A stretch of DNA of 64,000 nt from Octopus bimaculoides (lineage: Eukaryota). Under the pieces are notes generated by a model. The model was not told where the DNA came from and ran no database searches. It saw only the letters and a program-made list of their open reading frames with translations. A program made the position numbers and the translations under genes. The stretch spans positions 45,147,915 through 45,211,914 of the forward strand of contig NC_068990.1 in assembly GCF_001194135.2 (NCBI RefSeq), read 5' to 3'. Positions 1-14,213 of this stretch are shown piece after piece (within the stretch, counting starts at the first letter, position 1; each line of letters opens with the position of its first letter).

Positions 1-3000
1 TGATTGGATTTGGTAGATGGCAACTGAAAGAAGTCTGTCAGTGTGTGTGTGTGTGTGAGTACATATATATGTTAAACAATGATGATGTGTGTGTGTTTGT
101 CTCTCCCCTTATCACTTGACAACTGTGTTGGTTTGTTTACATCCCTGTAACTTAGTGGTTCAACAAAAGAAACTGATAGTAGCAAGCTTAAAAAAAAACT
201 ACTGGGGTCAATTTGTTTGACTTAAACCCTTCAATGCTGTGCATCATCCTGGTTGCAGTCCAATGTCTGAAACAAGTAAAAGATAGAAGCTAAATTCCAT
301 ATTAGCATGAAAATAAACTACAAAATTAAAAATTTCTGTTAATAACTAACATTTTATACTTGATCACCCTGAACTAAAGTCCTTTGGACTGTAGAACATT
401 GTTTTGAATTCACAACTTTCTGTAACCGTTCAACAGATTCTGCTATAATGAACCAAGTTTCCAGCATGAAAAAGTTTACAATTGTAAACAGTATTGAACT
501 CATGTGTTACAGCCTTAAAATCTATAATGAATTGAAGGAGGTTGAGAACAGTGCCCTACTCAACACTAAATTCATCAAGAGCACTTGTTCTGGTATACTT
601 TACAAGCATCACACTATATCGGGACTCTTGTTATAATAAATAACATGACTGAAGAGAGGTCTCTTTTACTGGAAAAGTGTGTAGAAACAGTTAAGCCAAA
701 GAAAAACTTCATCAAAATAAAAGTCCTTCACCTGATAAGCAAAGCTTTATTCACCAATACTCTACAACCACTAACCTACTCTCTAGATGTGTGCCTTCTC
801 ACTCAGTTCCATTTTTTTTTCTCTTGAACTTGCCAACATTGTACCACCTACAAACTGTCTATTACCAATCTTCCTATAACTTTTATTTTCTCTCTCTCTC
901 TTCTTTCTCTACATCCTATATCAAGTATTTTTTCACAGTCTTCTGTAACTGCCTTAAACCAGTTAATGATTCAATTTAACCATTATTAACTTTACACTCA
1001 CCCAGTTATCTCTATGTCCTTGTATATGGGAGAGGAGGATGTTTCAAAGGTTACGGACACTGTCCCTCCTTAGCTTAACTAGTAGAAAATAAAGTAGCTC
1101 ATGTAAAACTAAACACATGCACAACATATCTGCATACATTTTTCTCTTATGAAAGCTTAGTAAATGACCTTCAAAGGGCAAGATATATCTAACAAAATAC
1201 TTCATACTGTAAGGTTTATCAGAATAATGGCTATCTAGTTTATGACCAAGTTACAACATATGTACATTTTTACACATTCCTTAACTTGTTGTTTTTTTTC
1301 ATAATATATACTATGTTTGCTGGTGTATAAGGTACACTCTCACAGAAGATGCTCCCCTATTTTATAAGTATATTCTGTGGAAAAAAACAAATTTGCTGTG
1401 TTTTATCAAACACATATTGAAAGATATTTTAAAGTAGTTTTGTATGGAAAAATGTATAATTCTGTGCATGTAAACATAACATTGCGACAGTACACTGGAA
1501 TAAAGTATGAAACTATACATTTATCATAAATAAACTACATTATAGGAGTATTGTATTTCAGTTGTATCTTCCTTCAGATCAACTGTATAATTGTTTATAT
1601 TTTGGTCAAGAGAATTGCTATCCAGGATGTAAAACTCTTCTTTTTGAGCTATGATGTTTCGCGTTACCAAGATTGACCATCAAGTTGGTGCACCACTGCT
1701 ATGGTTTTATTGTTAGCCGTATGTGAGAAAGGACTTCTAACCATAGGAACCAAGCTAAAACAGACTGGAGTCTGGTGCACCTCTCCGACTTACCAGCTCT
1801 CATCAAACTGTCTAACCCATGCTAGCATGGAAAATGGACATTAAATGATGGTGATACGTGCAAATAACTGACAGGTAGATGAAAGTTTATCATGCTTTTC
1901 ATCTCTCTGGGAGAATTATTCATATAGATGATTACAAAATGTTACTTAAATGTAAGACACTTATCAAATAACATAAGACATATCAGGTGTGAGTTATTTA
2001 TGCTGAGGAAGTATAATGAAATGATGTGACTTTCCAGCATAACTACCAAACTACTGTAGACAAATATTTGTAAGGTTGTGCTAACAAATTGTGATGATTT
2101 GGCCTATTTTCAACATTTTTATTATTAGTAACAAGTATTGTGCCTAGTGGACTTATGCTTAGCTGGCCTCCTAGTCCATGGTGTTCCATCTCCCATCTAT
2201 TGTATAGTTGCAGTAGACAGAGGGCAATTTTTGCATACATTTAGAAATATAAAAAAGCATGTCTTAGCTGGTAAAGATGGTTATCTAGATTTCCTTTAAT
2301 GTCATTGTGAATTAGTAGTTTAATTTATATAAAATGGTTGTGTATGTATATATGTACTTGAGCGCTAGTAGTGCAAACTATGAGGCAAAAACCAAGTGAT
2401 TTTATTTCTTGCTATCCTATAAGTATCAATGTTATGTTGTATTATAAGACATACAGCCCTTCACAACTGAATACATTTGTATTGGTGCTGTTTCTGCTTC
2501 CCCATCTCTGTGAAGTTAGGGAAGATTGGTATTCAACTGCTTCAAGTTCTTATCTATGTGTGCTCTTTGATCGTTGTTATTGTTGTCTAGCTCCAAATTA
2601 GTTCTGATTGAAATCCCTTGTTACGCTTTACAGTGTAACATGGAGATTTGGCTGCTATTTCTAGCAGATCGACTGACCACATAAAGGCCTCCTTCACTCA
2701 AGTATATGTGTTTCTGTTTAATTTAGTGGTGTGGCGATAAAGGATGAAACCAAGGAATGTGCTGAGGTTTCCATGGAACTAGAGTGTTCAGTAAATTTAA
2801 ACTAGCTTGATGCAGGTGTAGGAGGAAAGATTTTAACAAAGGGTTAGTGTGTATACTATGAATAGCAAAAGTTATTTTTTATTTTCCATGTTTATATGGG
2901 TGGGATGGTTTATTTGTTGAAACAATAGTTTTGGTCTTTACCGTTGGTTGCCCTTTCTACTGCTATATGTTCATTTGTAAAATAGGAATGGGCTTAGGTG

Positions 3001-5177
3001 AAGCTGTGTTGTAATGGAGTTCACTTTGTAACCATATGGAAACGGGTTCATCCCACTGCATAGCATTTTGGGTAAATGACTTCTATAGCCTCAGACCAAC
3101 CAATGTTTTTTGAAGGAAAATGTATAGAATCCTTTTTTATATAACCTTTCTGTTCCTCTATCCCTATTCTTTGTCTTATATTCACCTAGTACCTTGAGGG
3201 TACACCCTCACCTGTTCCTGTTGCTCTATCATACTTTCACGTGTTTCAATACTATACTCCACTCAGTTGAAGGGTCTTGGCTTATGAGTACTTGGTGACC
3301 TCACTAGTGCTACTGCTGCAAAAAAGGCACCAAGTACACTCTATTAAATGGTTGGTATTAAGAAGGCTATCCAGCTGTAGAAACCATGCCAAAGCAGATA
3401 CATATTGGAGCTCAGTGTAGTCCTCTGGCTTGTCAGTTCTTGCTGAATCATCTGACCCATACCAGCATGGAAAACAGACATTAAACGATGATGATGGGTA
3501 TATTCTTTTATTCTTTCACTTGTGTCAATCATTTGACTGTGGCCATGCTGGAGCACCACCTTAGAGGGTTTTTAGTCAAAGAAATTGACCCCGGGACTTA
3601 CTCTTTGTAAGCCTAGTACTTATTCTATCAGTCTTTTTGCTGAACTGCTAACTTACAGGGATGTAAGCACATCGCTATCAGTTGTCAAGTGATGGTGCAG
3701 GGGACAAACACAGACACAAAGACACACACACGCACACACAACATGGGCTTTTCTCAGTTTCCATCTACCAAACCCGCTCACAAGGCTTTAGTCAGCCCAA
3801 GGCTATAGTAGAAGACACTTGCCCAAGGTGCCATGCTGTGAGACTGAACCCAGAACCATGTGGTTGGGAAGCAAGGTTCTTACTACAACGCCATGCAGAT
3901 TTGTATCTGGGTGTGCGTGTGTGTCTGAATGTCATGTTCACTTCTGTAAACTATCTGTTCTGTAGCTTGTTAGTTTTAATGTGTGAAGACTAGGAGAATG
4001 AAAGCAAAAGAGAAACCTCTCGCATGAAAAGCAGGTAAAGGTTGGTGACAGGAAGAACATCCAGCCATAGTATACTGTCTTAATAAAGTTTTAACTTCTC
4101 CATACCAGCATAGAAAATAAATAATTGTAAAAATGATGAGAAATGGATCCATTTCTGCTAGGTTAGGCAAATGTAAACGATCAGTAAGGTACTTGTAATA
4201 AGATTTGGACTTCTAACCATGTAGTCAGTTGTACAGCTTCTTGATGTCACAGCTCTTGTTTTCTGTGCAGAACTTTACACTGTCATAATACAGTAACAAT
4301 AGCAAGATCTGAACTTATAACTGTGATCCAATACCTTAACGTCACAACCATTATTTCTTGTTCAGAAAAAAGATCAAGGAATTCAATTTGGTAGCATTTA
4401 AAGAAAGCAATATTGGAGGAGTAGTAAAATCTGTTGTAATAATGTTAGATGAGAAAGATATAAGTCACACAGATTATTGGTGAGTAAAGAATTAGCGACA
4501 GCTTTTATTAAAAGCAAATGTTTTTTTCTTTCGTGTAATCTTATATTTAGAAAAAGTAAAGATGTAAGACATATTTGGATTTTTTAACTTAACCATTTAG
4601 GTCTAAAGTATCTTGGGGGAGAAAAAAATTTAAGCTTTTTGAAAATGTAGGCGCTTATCAAACAGGGACTAGGAGACATTCCTTTTTACCATGAATATTC
4701 TTTTGACTGAGTTAACTTCCAGAAGTTCAGAACTGTTTGAAGCTTGGCAGTTGTTTCTAGATGGTCAGGACCATCTAGTGACTAAAAAAAAGCACAATGA
4801 TATTAGTGTAGAGAGAATGGAAAAGCTCATTGCTGTAGATAGGAAGAGATAAGGGTCTTTGAAATATGATGGATGTTAACAGGGATCTCTTTCCACATAT
4901 GCCACTCAGAGTTTGCCTGGTTATATGATCAGCTTTGGATGTCATCCATAACACTAAGTGCTACTTATATTAGATACGAAAATGTCAGTGCATTCACTGA
5001 ACTTATTTAGTGCAAGGAAATACATTTATATAAGCTATTTGAAATATGTATCAGTGATCATTGATATGAGATTGATGGTATATTTGGACAGAGAATTATA
5101 ATTATCTCTAATCTTATTATCATGAAAACTGATGGGAACATTTTTGGATGTTATTAAACTTATCATTTCTGGATTAA

Positions 5178-5213
<36 letters not shown>

Positions 5214-7748
5214 TTATTTGTATGTGAAGCATTTTTAGTGTTTTACTTCTCATTTGTTTTTAGTTGGTTATGTATATATTTCATGTGCTCTGGTAGGTTT
5301 AGATACTCTTACATGGGGTTTCATCATTTCTGTTTGCTCCATCATACTCCCCCCCCCCCTTATTCTAGTTAATCCTCTGCAATCATCCTCTATTCTATTC
5401 ACTCTGTTGGTCACATTGCTCTCAATGAACAGAGATAATGCTAAACAGTGAGGACCCTTTTGTTTTGCAGGGTGCAAGTCATCCTCCCTAGTATTGGTGT
5501 CATGATAAAATGCATCTATTACACTCTATAAAGTGGCTGGCAAATGGAGATAGATATGAGCAGGAGAACCCTTTAGTCTTGCCTTATCAAGGACATAACA
5601 GTCTTTCTAGTGTACAATAAAATGACAGAATGTACAATAAGATACTGGTACCATGATAAAACCCAGTACACTCTGAGGTGGTTGGTGTTAGGAAGGTCAA
5701 TCAGCCATAGAAACTATGCTAAAAAGATACAGTCTCTGACCCATCTAGGAGGGCAGTCATTCCAAAGAACTCCTAACTTGATCTGTGACATGTCCAACCC
5801 ATGGCAATATAGAAAGGAGATGTATAATGATTATGATGAATAGAATTACACTTTGTAATTGTGTTATACGAAAATGAATAGATAAATAAAAATGTAGTAT
5901 ATAAATAAATTGGAAAAGATGAAGTAAATAATTTAAACAGATTTTTATCAGTTAAAATAATAACACTCTTCTAAAATTATTTTGACCTATAATTAGCATT
6001 ATCATTGTTTAAACTTTCATTTCTCCATGTTGAGAGCAGTTGAACAAATCTTCAAAACAGTATCTTTTCTTGTGGTTCTGAATACTGTGCTATTTCATCT
6101 CTTCTGTGTAGCCCAAGCTTCTCAGGTGTGACTTTATTATTTCTTTTCATAACTGTCTTTACCAGCTGCTTTCCATTGTAAACTTTCAGAAATATTATAT
6201 TCACATTAGCAATACCAGTTCAGTCATCTTTCATTCATACATCAGCAAAAGTTTTTAATGGTTACTTACATTCTCAATTGTTTTCAGCTTTCTCATAAGT
6301 TAAACTTGCTCACCAATAACCGATATATGACACATTCCTCCCCACTAAATGCACATCTCTATTGGTCACCCATATTTCATTGTCATTAACAGCATCACAC
6401 TTCTTACATATATTTCAGTATTTTCTCTAAAATCTTTTAGTCAGGAGGGAAGGTAGTGCTGAAGACTCTTCACAGCACTTTCAAGATTGGAGGAAAGAAG
6501 GTATCCACCTAGTAGAGGCCTGGCCCAACTGCTTGCAACAGAGTGAACTCTGCTAAAGGCACTCAAGGTGTCAGGTGGTTGTGTTAAACCAAGCAACAGG
6601 TTAAGTCTACTACATAAGTAGGGTATAGCAGGATTTGAACTCAGAATGCAAAGAGTAGAAACAAATACCTCCAGTCCTCTAGACCACCATTTTTACAGTT
6701 TTGTTAATACACTACCTTGGATTGGTACTTTGTTATTGAACTTGAAGTGATGAAAAGCAAAGTTGACCTCAGCTGGATTTGAACCCAGAGCACAGAGAGT
6801 CAGGATAAATGTTGTGAAACAGTCAATCTGACACTTTAACAACTCTATTAATTTGTCTACCTTTTGTATGGAGAAAAACTTTTTCTTAACAATGAAGTTC
6901 TCGATCAATTAATAATTTAATGAAAGAGATGCATAGATATGTATATTAAGAATTATACATTTTGTTTTATCCTTATTTTCTCCAATTCCATTGAATACAT
7001 CTTGCCTCTATTCTCCTATATAATATTTTTTTTATTTCTAAGATGGCAAGCTGGTAGAATCGTTATCACACCAGGCAAAATGCTTAGTGACATTTTGTCT
7101 GTCTTTATTTTCTGATTTCAAATTCCACCTTTCATTCTTTTGAAGTCGATAAAATAAGTACCAGTTGAGCATTGGGGTTAATGTAATTGACTTACCACAA
7201 TTGCTGGCCTTGTACCAAAATCTGAAACCAATATTTTAGAAATTTCTCAGACATTCATGTTTAACTAAAATTGGAATTTAAATTAATTAGGCTTCAATTT
7301 ATTTTTGAATCTAAACAAATCTCATCTGAAATTAAATATTACTGACTACGAAATAGAACAATGTGAATAATGTAAATCTTGTATACGTTATGCACAGGGG
7401 TTTAAAAAAATGGTAACTACTGGAATGGTAACAACTGGAATGTCTTTGTCCATTGTTCTGCTCAACCAGGGTTGACCTGGTGCTAAACAACAACAACAAC
7501 AACAAAACTACTTAAACTGAAAGATCACTGGATATATGAGAGACAATTTGTTGCTGTATCTTGCTTTAATCCACACAGTCCCTGTTACTGCATGTACATT
7601 CACAAACACTCAGATACTATCTGCTACACTCTACAACACTGTAAAACCAAGGTTATAAAGCCAGAGCACAAAAGTTTTAACTGATTCCAACCCCCTCAAT
7701 CTGTAATTAGACTAATCATATATTTCTTATATTGATTGAAAGTGGTTT

Positions 7749-8310
7749 TAATTAGGTTTGAAAAAAAATCTTGTTGCAGTTCAAGATGGGGGAAGAAACA
7801 AATGTTGCTTTGGTCTTTATTGATATATTTAATCAGGATAATATTCCCTTTCATTATTGATAACATTATCCCATCTATTTGGTAGATTGTTTTGAAGCAT
7901 AGAAACACTCAAATACCATCGTTAACCTCTTCACAATTAATAAAGTGTTTTCCTGTAAATAATGCTGCAGTGAGCTGAAAAGATGGAAGTCAGTTACAGC
8001 AAAGTCAGGAAAGTAAGCAGACAAGGCAAAACTTCCATATTTAGTGCCATAATCTTTTCCTGAATGATTTGGGCAATATATAATCTTGCATTATTATGTA
8101 AGAGTGACACTCCTTTATGTTTGACTTATGATGAATGCATTTTCTGCAAATTTTTGTGCAATGTTTCCATTTGATGACAATACTTCTCTGCATTAAATGT
8201 TTTGTTTAACACAGTGAGATAGTCCCACCAAACACAGAGCATAAGTTTCTATGGGTGTAGTCCTTTTTCATTGGATACTAACCATTGTTGCTTTTGTTGT
8301 TCAGACATGT
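7749..8310 (-). mobile_element. 5'-truncated decayed mariner fragment (second family)
   Basis: Minus-strand translation gives KGLHP*KLMLCVWWD, LLHNNARLY and FPDFAVTDFHLFSSLQHYL. A mariner-like terminus TA(A)TTAGGTTTGAAAAAAAATC lies at 7749-7770. Confidence 0.8.
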
Positions 8311-9041
8311 CAAACTCATCTGAAATTGAATATTACTGACTGTGAAATGGAACAATGGGAATAATGTAAATCTTGTATACGTTATGCACAGGAGTTCAAA
8401 AAAATGGTAACACTGTCTACCACACATACAGGCTTGTTCTTTCAGGTGCCAGTGCCACTTAAAAAGCATCTGCACTGGTGCTGCGTTGACACACCCATGC
8501 TGGTGCTGTGTAGACGCACCCATACTGGTGGCATGTAAAAAGCATGTGGCACACTCTGTTAAGTGGCTGGCATTAGAAGGGCATCCAGTCATAGAAACCA
8601 TGCCACAACAGACATTTGGAGTCTGGATACCTCCTTACTAGCCAGCTCCACGTCAAACCATCCAACCTATACCAGCATGGAGAGCAGATGTTAAATGATG
8701 ATGATTATAGAGAACCCGCTACTTATGTTGATTCTACCCAGGAAAGGTTTGGTGGCAAGTCTATTCTTCTATAACAAACAGAGAGCACTTCTTTGATTAA
8801 GTGAGAAGCAGCCAGATGATGATGGAGCCACTAAACAAATTTATATACTTTTTATAGTTCATGACTTTTGTTTGAGCAAAAAGAATTAATAATTTTGTTT
8901 CAAAGCAGTAACAGTTTGAACAAAAGAAAGGAATTGTATGCATAGAATAAGTACCAGGCTCCGTTAATCCCGTCCTGGTTCAGAGAGTGTAAGTTTTGAT
9001 TGTGACAGACACACACACATACATGCACATGCACACACAAA

Positions 9042-9090
<49 letters not shown>

Positions 9091-9611
9091 TAGAGTAGAG
9101 TAGATTGGGTGAAGCATTGTATGATATTAAATTAGATAAAAACTTGTTGAGGCTGAAACAATGCAGAATGAAATTTGAAGTTTTATCTTATATTTCTTTG
9201 ATATTTCAGCATTAGGAGAATAAGTTATCTCACATATTTGAGCAATGATAACTCCATATATAAAGTTTTTAAGCAATGGTAACTTTATACACACACACAC
9301 ATACATACCTGTACATGCTGGCATGGGCTGCATGGTTTGACCAGAGCAGGCAAGGTCAGGGGCTACACCAAGCTCCATTGTCTGTTCTGGTATGGTTTCT
9401 ATGGCTGGATGCCCTTCCTAATACCAACTACTCTACAGCGTGTACTGGATACTTTTTATGTGGCACTAGCACTGGTATTAATTCTGCTGTGGCAGATGGG
9501 TTTTCTTGAGTACAGCAGTGTGCCAGATATTACATATTTATTTGTATAAATGCATATATGTTTGCAGTTATACAATAGATTTTTGAATGTCAATTTAGTT
9601 GTACCAGTATA

Positions 9612-10882
9612 TATTGGGTCGTCCCAGAAATAATGTGATTTTTTCCAATTGTATGAACTAAAAGTCAGAGAGAGACAGAGAGAGACAGGATAAACTAACT
9701 GCATCAACTTGCTATAAAAGCAGATAGTAATTTTACCTTGTCCTTATTCTTGGTGCAAGTTTTGAAGAGTGTGGTTCTATTTTAACAGTTATTTTTTCAA
9801 AGCTATAATGGAAGTGACAAAGGAGCATATTCAGCACATTTTGCTTTATGAATTCAATAAAGCCAACAAAGTAACAAAAAGTGCAAGGAATATTAATGTA
9901 GAATATGGGGATTGGACAATAAGTATAAGCCAGTGTCAACGATGGTTCCAGAAATTCCAAACTGGAAAATACAGCCTAGAAGATGAGCCTCATCCTGGAA
10001 GATCTGTAGAGCTCGACAAGGACGTCCTGCAAACCCTGGTCGAACAAAATCCCATTGTAATTGTTGAGGAACTAGCAGAGAAGCTTTGATTTGGTCATTC
10101 AACCATTCATCAACACCTATGTGCCATCGGAAAAGTCAGCAAATTGGGTCAGTGGGTTCCTCACAAACTTTCTGAGTTCAGTTGCATGTAGAGAGTGAAT
10201 GTGTGCTCGTCTTTGCTGTCACATCTCACAAATGAACCTTTTTTTAACCGAATAGTGACTGGTGACAAAAAATGAGTTCTCTATAAAAATGTCATGTGCT
10301 GAGGACAGCGGGTAGTGAAAGGAGACAGACTGACATCCCAGACTAAAGAAGGTCTTCACCCACATAAGGTGTTTAGTGGGATATGAAAGGTTTAATCCAC
10401 TTTCAACTTTTAAACCTAAACCAAACAATAACAAAAGAGATCTACTGTGAGCAGCTTAAGTCAGTTCTAGAAGAAAAACAACTATCTTTAGTTTCAAGAT
10501 GGAAGGTGTTCTTCCATCAGGATAATGCTCGGCCACATACAACGAAGATGACATTTCAAAGGCTGGAGCAGTTTGAATAGGAAATGGTGCTCTGCTCACC
10601 ATATTCGCCAGATATTGTTCCATCTGATTATCATTTATTCTGCAATCTTCAAAATCATTTGAACAGAAAAAATATGAATTATATAGATGAGGTCGGAACA
10701 GTACTGGAGGAGTATTTTTCATCATGGACAAGTGAATTTTGGAAGAGGGTCCTTGCAAGTCTACCAGATATATGGAAGAGCATTGTAGAAAATGAAGGAA
10801 AGTATATTTTAGATTAGAAAAGAACTTTGTCTATCTTAATTTTGAAAAATAAAAGTATAAAAGAAACACATTATTTATGGGA
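9612..10882 (+). mobile_element. Near full-length decayed mariner (Tc1/mariner, D,D34D-type) DNA transposon
   Basis: Left end TA-TTGGGTCGTCCCAGAAATAATGTG; right inverted repeat CACATTATTTATGGGA at 10867-10882. Transposase pseudogene from ATG 9808 to stop 10817 with WVPHKL, HQDNARPH and YSPDIVPSDYHLF motifs, several stops and a frameshift. Confidence 0.96.
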
Positions 10883-11458
10883 TATTAAACAATGATGATG
10901 ATGAGTAATATTATAAAGCTTCCCTTGTTTGTGTAAGTTGACAAGATCTCTTCCAGTGGTTTTTTTTGCACCAGACTTTCTTGCCATTTATTGGTACTGC
11001 TTCTCCTCAGTTGACACCACTCTTGTTTCTCTGCAGATGTTAACTAATTCTCTCGAGTCTGTTTTGTACAACTCCTTTGTTAGATTCTTTTTTAATTTTT
11101 GGTATTTGTAGAGCACAAATTCTTTTAGTAATAACTTCCTTTCATTAGCTCGATTGAAACATGTGGAGTTAAAGAGATGGTATTATTGTTGTCATTGCAT
11201 ATTGGTAGTTAACATGGTATACTGGTTGATGATAGAATTGTCAAATGAAATATCTTGTGGAATTTGGTCATGTATTTTTATAGTTCTGAGCTCAGTTCAT
11301 TCCCAGGTTGACTTGGCCTTTCATCTTTCCAAGTTGGATAAAATAAAGTATCAGTCAAATGTTGTATAATTTACTACAACCTTGAAGACTGTCTTTGAAT
11401 AGTCAGAGTCCAGTAACTGGAACCAATAAAAGAATATCAACTGTTAGCATGATATATT

Positions 11459-11670
11459 CTTTTCTACTCTAGACACAAGGCCCAAAATTTTGTGGGAGGG
11501 GGCCAGTTGATTAGATTGATCCCAGTACACAACAGGTGCTTAATTTATTGACCCAGAAAGGATGAAAGACAAAGTTAATCTCGGCGGAATTTGAACTCAG
11601 AACGTAAAGTCAGACGAAATACCACTAAGCATTTCACCCTGTGTACTAATGTTTCTGCCAGCTGGCTGTC
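11459..11670 (-). mobile_element. Family-2 SINE with about 15-bp target duplication, inserted in a minisatellite
   Basis: Flanks TTAGCATGATATATT (11444-11458) and TTAACGTGATATATT (11671-11685). Confidence 0.8.
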
Positions 11671-12010
11671 TTAACGTGATATATTGATTGACATGGTGTA
11701 TTGACTGTTAGCATAGGATGTTGACTGCTAATATGGCATGTCAGCTGCTAGCATGAGATGTTGAATGTTAGCATGGGATATCAACTGTTACTGTGATACA
11801 TTCATTGACTGCTGATATGCAATATCACTGTTGACATGGATTTTGCCTATTAGTATACAATATCATCTATTGGTTTAGTATACTGATCATTAACATAGTA
11901 TTGACTACTGTCATAGCATCTCAGCTGTTAACATACAATATCTATTATTAGCATGTAATATTTACTGTTAACAAGCAATACTGACTGTTAGCACGGTATA
12001 TTAACTGTTA
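11671..12010. repeat. Degenerate minisatellite, unit of about 19-20 bp (TATTGACTGTTAGCATG-like)
   Basis: Recurring ACTGTTAGCATG variants; one more unit at 11434-11458 lies on the other side of a SINE. Confidence 0.7.
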
Positions 12011-12774
12011 ATTCTTTTAAAACTCTCCACAATTCTCTCTTTCTTTATGTATTAGGTTTCGTTCTAATCATTTGATGACCTCATTTCATAAAAGGAAAGA
12101 AAAATATAGTTGCTGGGATTTTCCAGTTTTTAAAAAAAAATTTAATTTTGAAAATGAAAAACCTTGTTCGAAATACCTAAGTTTGATATGTTCAGCACCC
12201 TTCAAGATTTTTGGTTTGAAATTCAAGTTTCCATAGGTGCAGGCATAGCTGAATGTCTAAGAAGTTTGCTTTACTGCCACATGACTCTGGGTTCAGTTAT
12301 TCTGTTAATCCACTGCTATTTCTTTGCGTTAATAATATTATTAAGTAACAACTATAAAATTGTGTGCTTTACCAGCAGGTGTCTTTTGTAGCCTTAGACT
12401 GACAATTAGCTTGTGAGTGGAATTTGGTGGACTGAAGGAAATTGTATAGAAGTTATTTGTACCTGTGTTCGTGCATATTGATGTTAAGCAATATGTCAAA
12501 TTGCATCTCTTTATATCAAAAGGCAATTTAGACAATCAATAAACAGACATTGGTAAAATAAGTTCTAAAGTTTACATGATCACCTACAACCCTTGAAGTG
12601 GGTGTCTTGTTTATAACCCTTTTGCTACCATATGCTGCCTTTGTTTCAATTGATTTTGAAAATAAAGAAGAATTTAGTAAAATAATCTTCCTATCTAAGT
12701 CAGTGTTTGGAACATAGATTAACCTGAAATTTTAATGGAAGACTTTAATGTGGATAATTTAAAACAGGAAATTT

Positions 12775-13185
12775 GTTACAGGATACCATGCTTGTGAAGA
12801 CCTGTCAAACCAAGTGAGATCACAGTCATGGACACCTGTGCCGGTAGGCACGTAAAAAGCACTATTTGAGTGTTGGACCACATGGAGGCAGTGACAGGTG
12901 ACTGAGACCTTTGGTAATATACCATGCTTGAGAAGACCTGTCAAGCGAAATGAGTTTCTAGTTGGGGCTGATGCTGGTGTAAGTTCAATGGCACCTGTGC
13001 GGGTGGTGTGTAAAAAGCACCCACTGCACTCTTGGAGTGGTTGGTGTTAGGAAGGGCATCCAGCTGAAGAAACCATGCCATATCAGATTGGAACCTGGTG
13101 TAGCTCCCTGGCTTACCAGTTTTCAGTCAAACCCTCCAACCCATGCCAGCATGGAAAGCGGACATTAAATGATTATGATGATGAA
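12775..13185 (+). mobile_element. Older RTE 3' end; representative of many older copies (e.g. ~1700-1855, 3340-3495, 8430-8705, 9310-9500 minus, 27395-27560, 29100-29425, 30160-30445)
   Basis: Shared GGAAGGGCATCCAGCTG...CCAACCCATGCCAGCATGGAAA...TTAAATGATGATG motif set. Confidence 0.8.
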
Positions 13186-14176
13186 AGTATCAGGCAAATT
13201 GGTATCAAAAGAGTTGATATTCGTCATTGATCTTGTCTGGTACTGTATCACACCAAATTCTACTTAATTGATAGCAAAGATCATATGTGAGGCTGTTACC
13301 ATTGTAAAGTGTCAGCTCTCACAGTCTACTTCTTGCTTTTCTACTGAGAACAGGCTTTCCATGAGCTGTCTTGTTTGTAAGGTTTGAAAAACAATTGAGT
13401 GTTATTGTCAAACCACAAGTCAATTCTGATCAAACAGTCTATGATTGGAGGTATTTCAGTCATAGTGATTACAGGATTTTAGGGGATATGGACTACTACT
13501 GTTAGTATTCACAGATAAGCTGCCGTATATAACTTATGTACTGAACTTTGCTCTTGACTTGGAATATGTGTCACACACTAACGTTCTCTCTCTTTCTCTC
13601 TCTCTCCCCCCACACACTCACCCCCTCTACACATTTATATACTCACCATCATCATTATTGTTTTAATGTCCAATTTTCCATACTTGCATCATTCAGATGG
13701 AATTTGTTGAGACAGATTTTCTATGGCCACATGCTTTTCTTGTCATCAACTCTCACCTGCTCCCTAGCAACGTCATATTTCCCCATGGCCAGACAGGTTT
13801 TTCCTGGAAGATTGGAAATGAGCAACACCACTTGTATGATGATGATGCTCATTTACAACCATTACATGATGTCAAGCTAAGTACATGCACACATACCAAC
13901 ACACACACACGCACACATATATATGTGTATGTATGACAGGCTTCTGTCAGGTTCTTTCTACCAAATCCACTCACAAGACTTTGGTCTGCCAAGGGCTGTA
14001 GTAGAAGACACTTGTCCAAGGTGCCATGCAGTGGGACCAAACCTAAAAACCACATAGACAGAAAGCAAGCTTCTTAACTACACAGCTAAATGATTGAGTA
14101 TGTAGGTGGAGTTGGTTATTGTCACTATGCAATCTATATGACTACCAGCATTGTAAGCAAATATATGTTGATGGCA

Positions 14177-14213
<37 letters not shown>

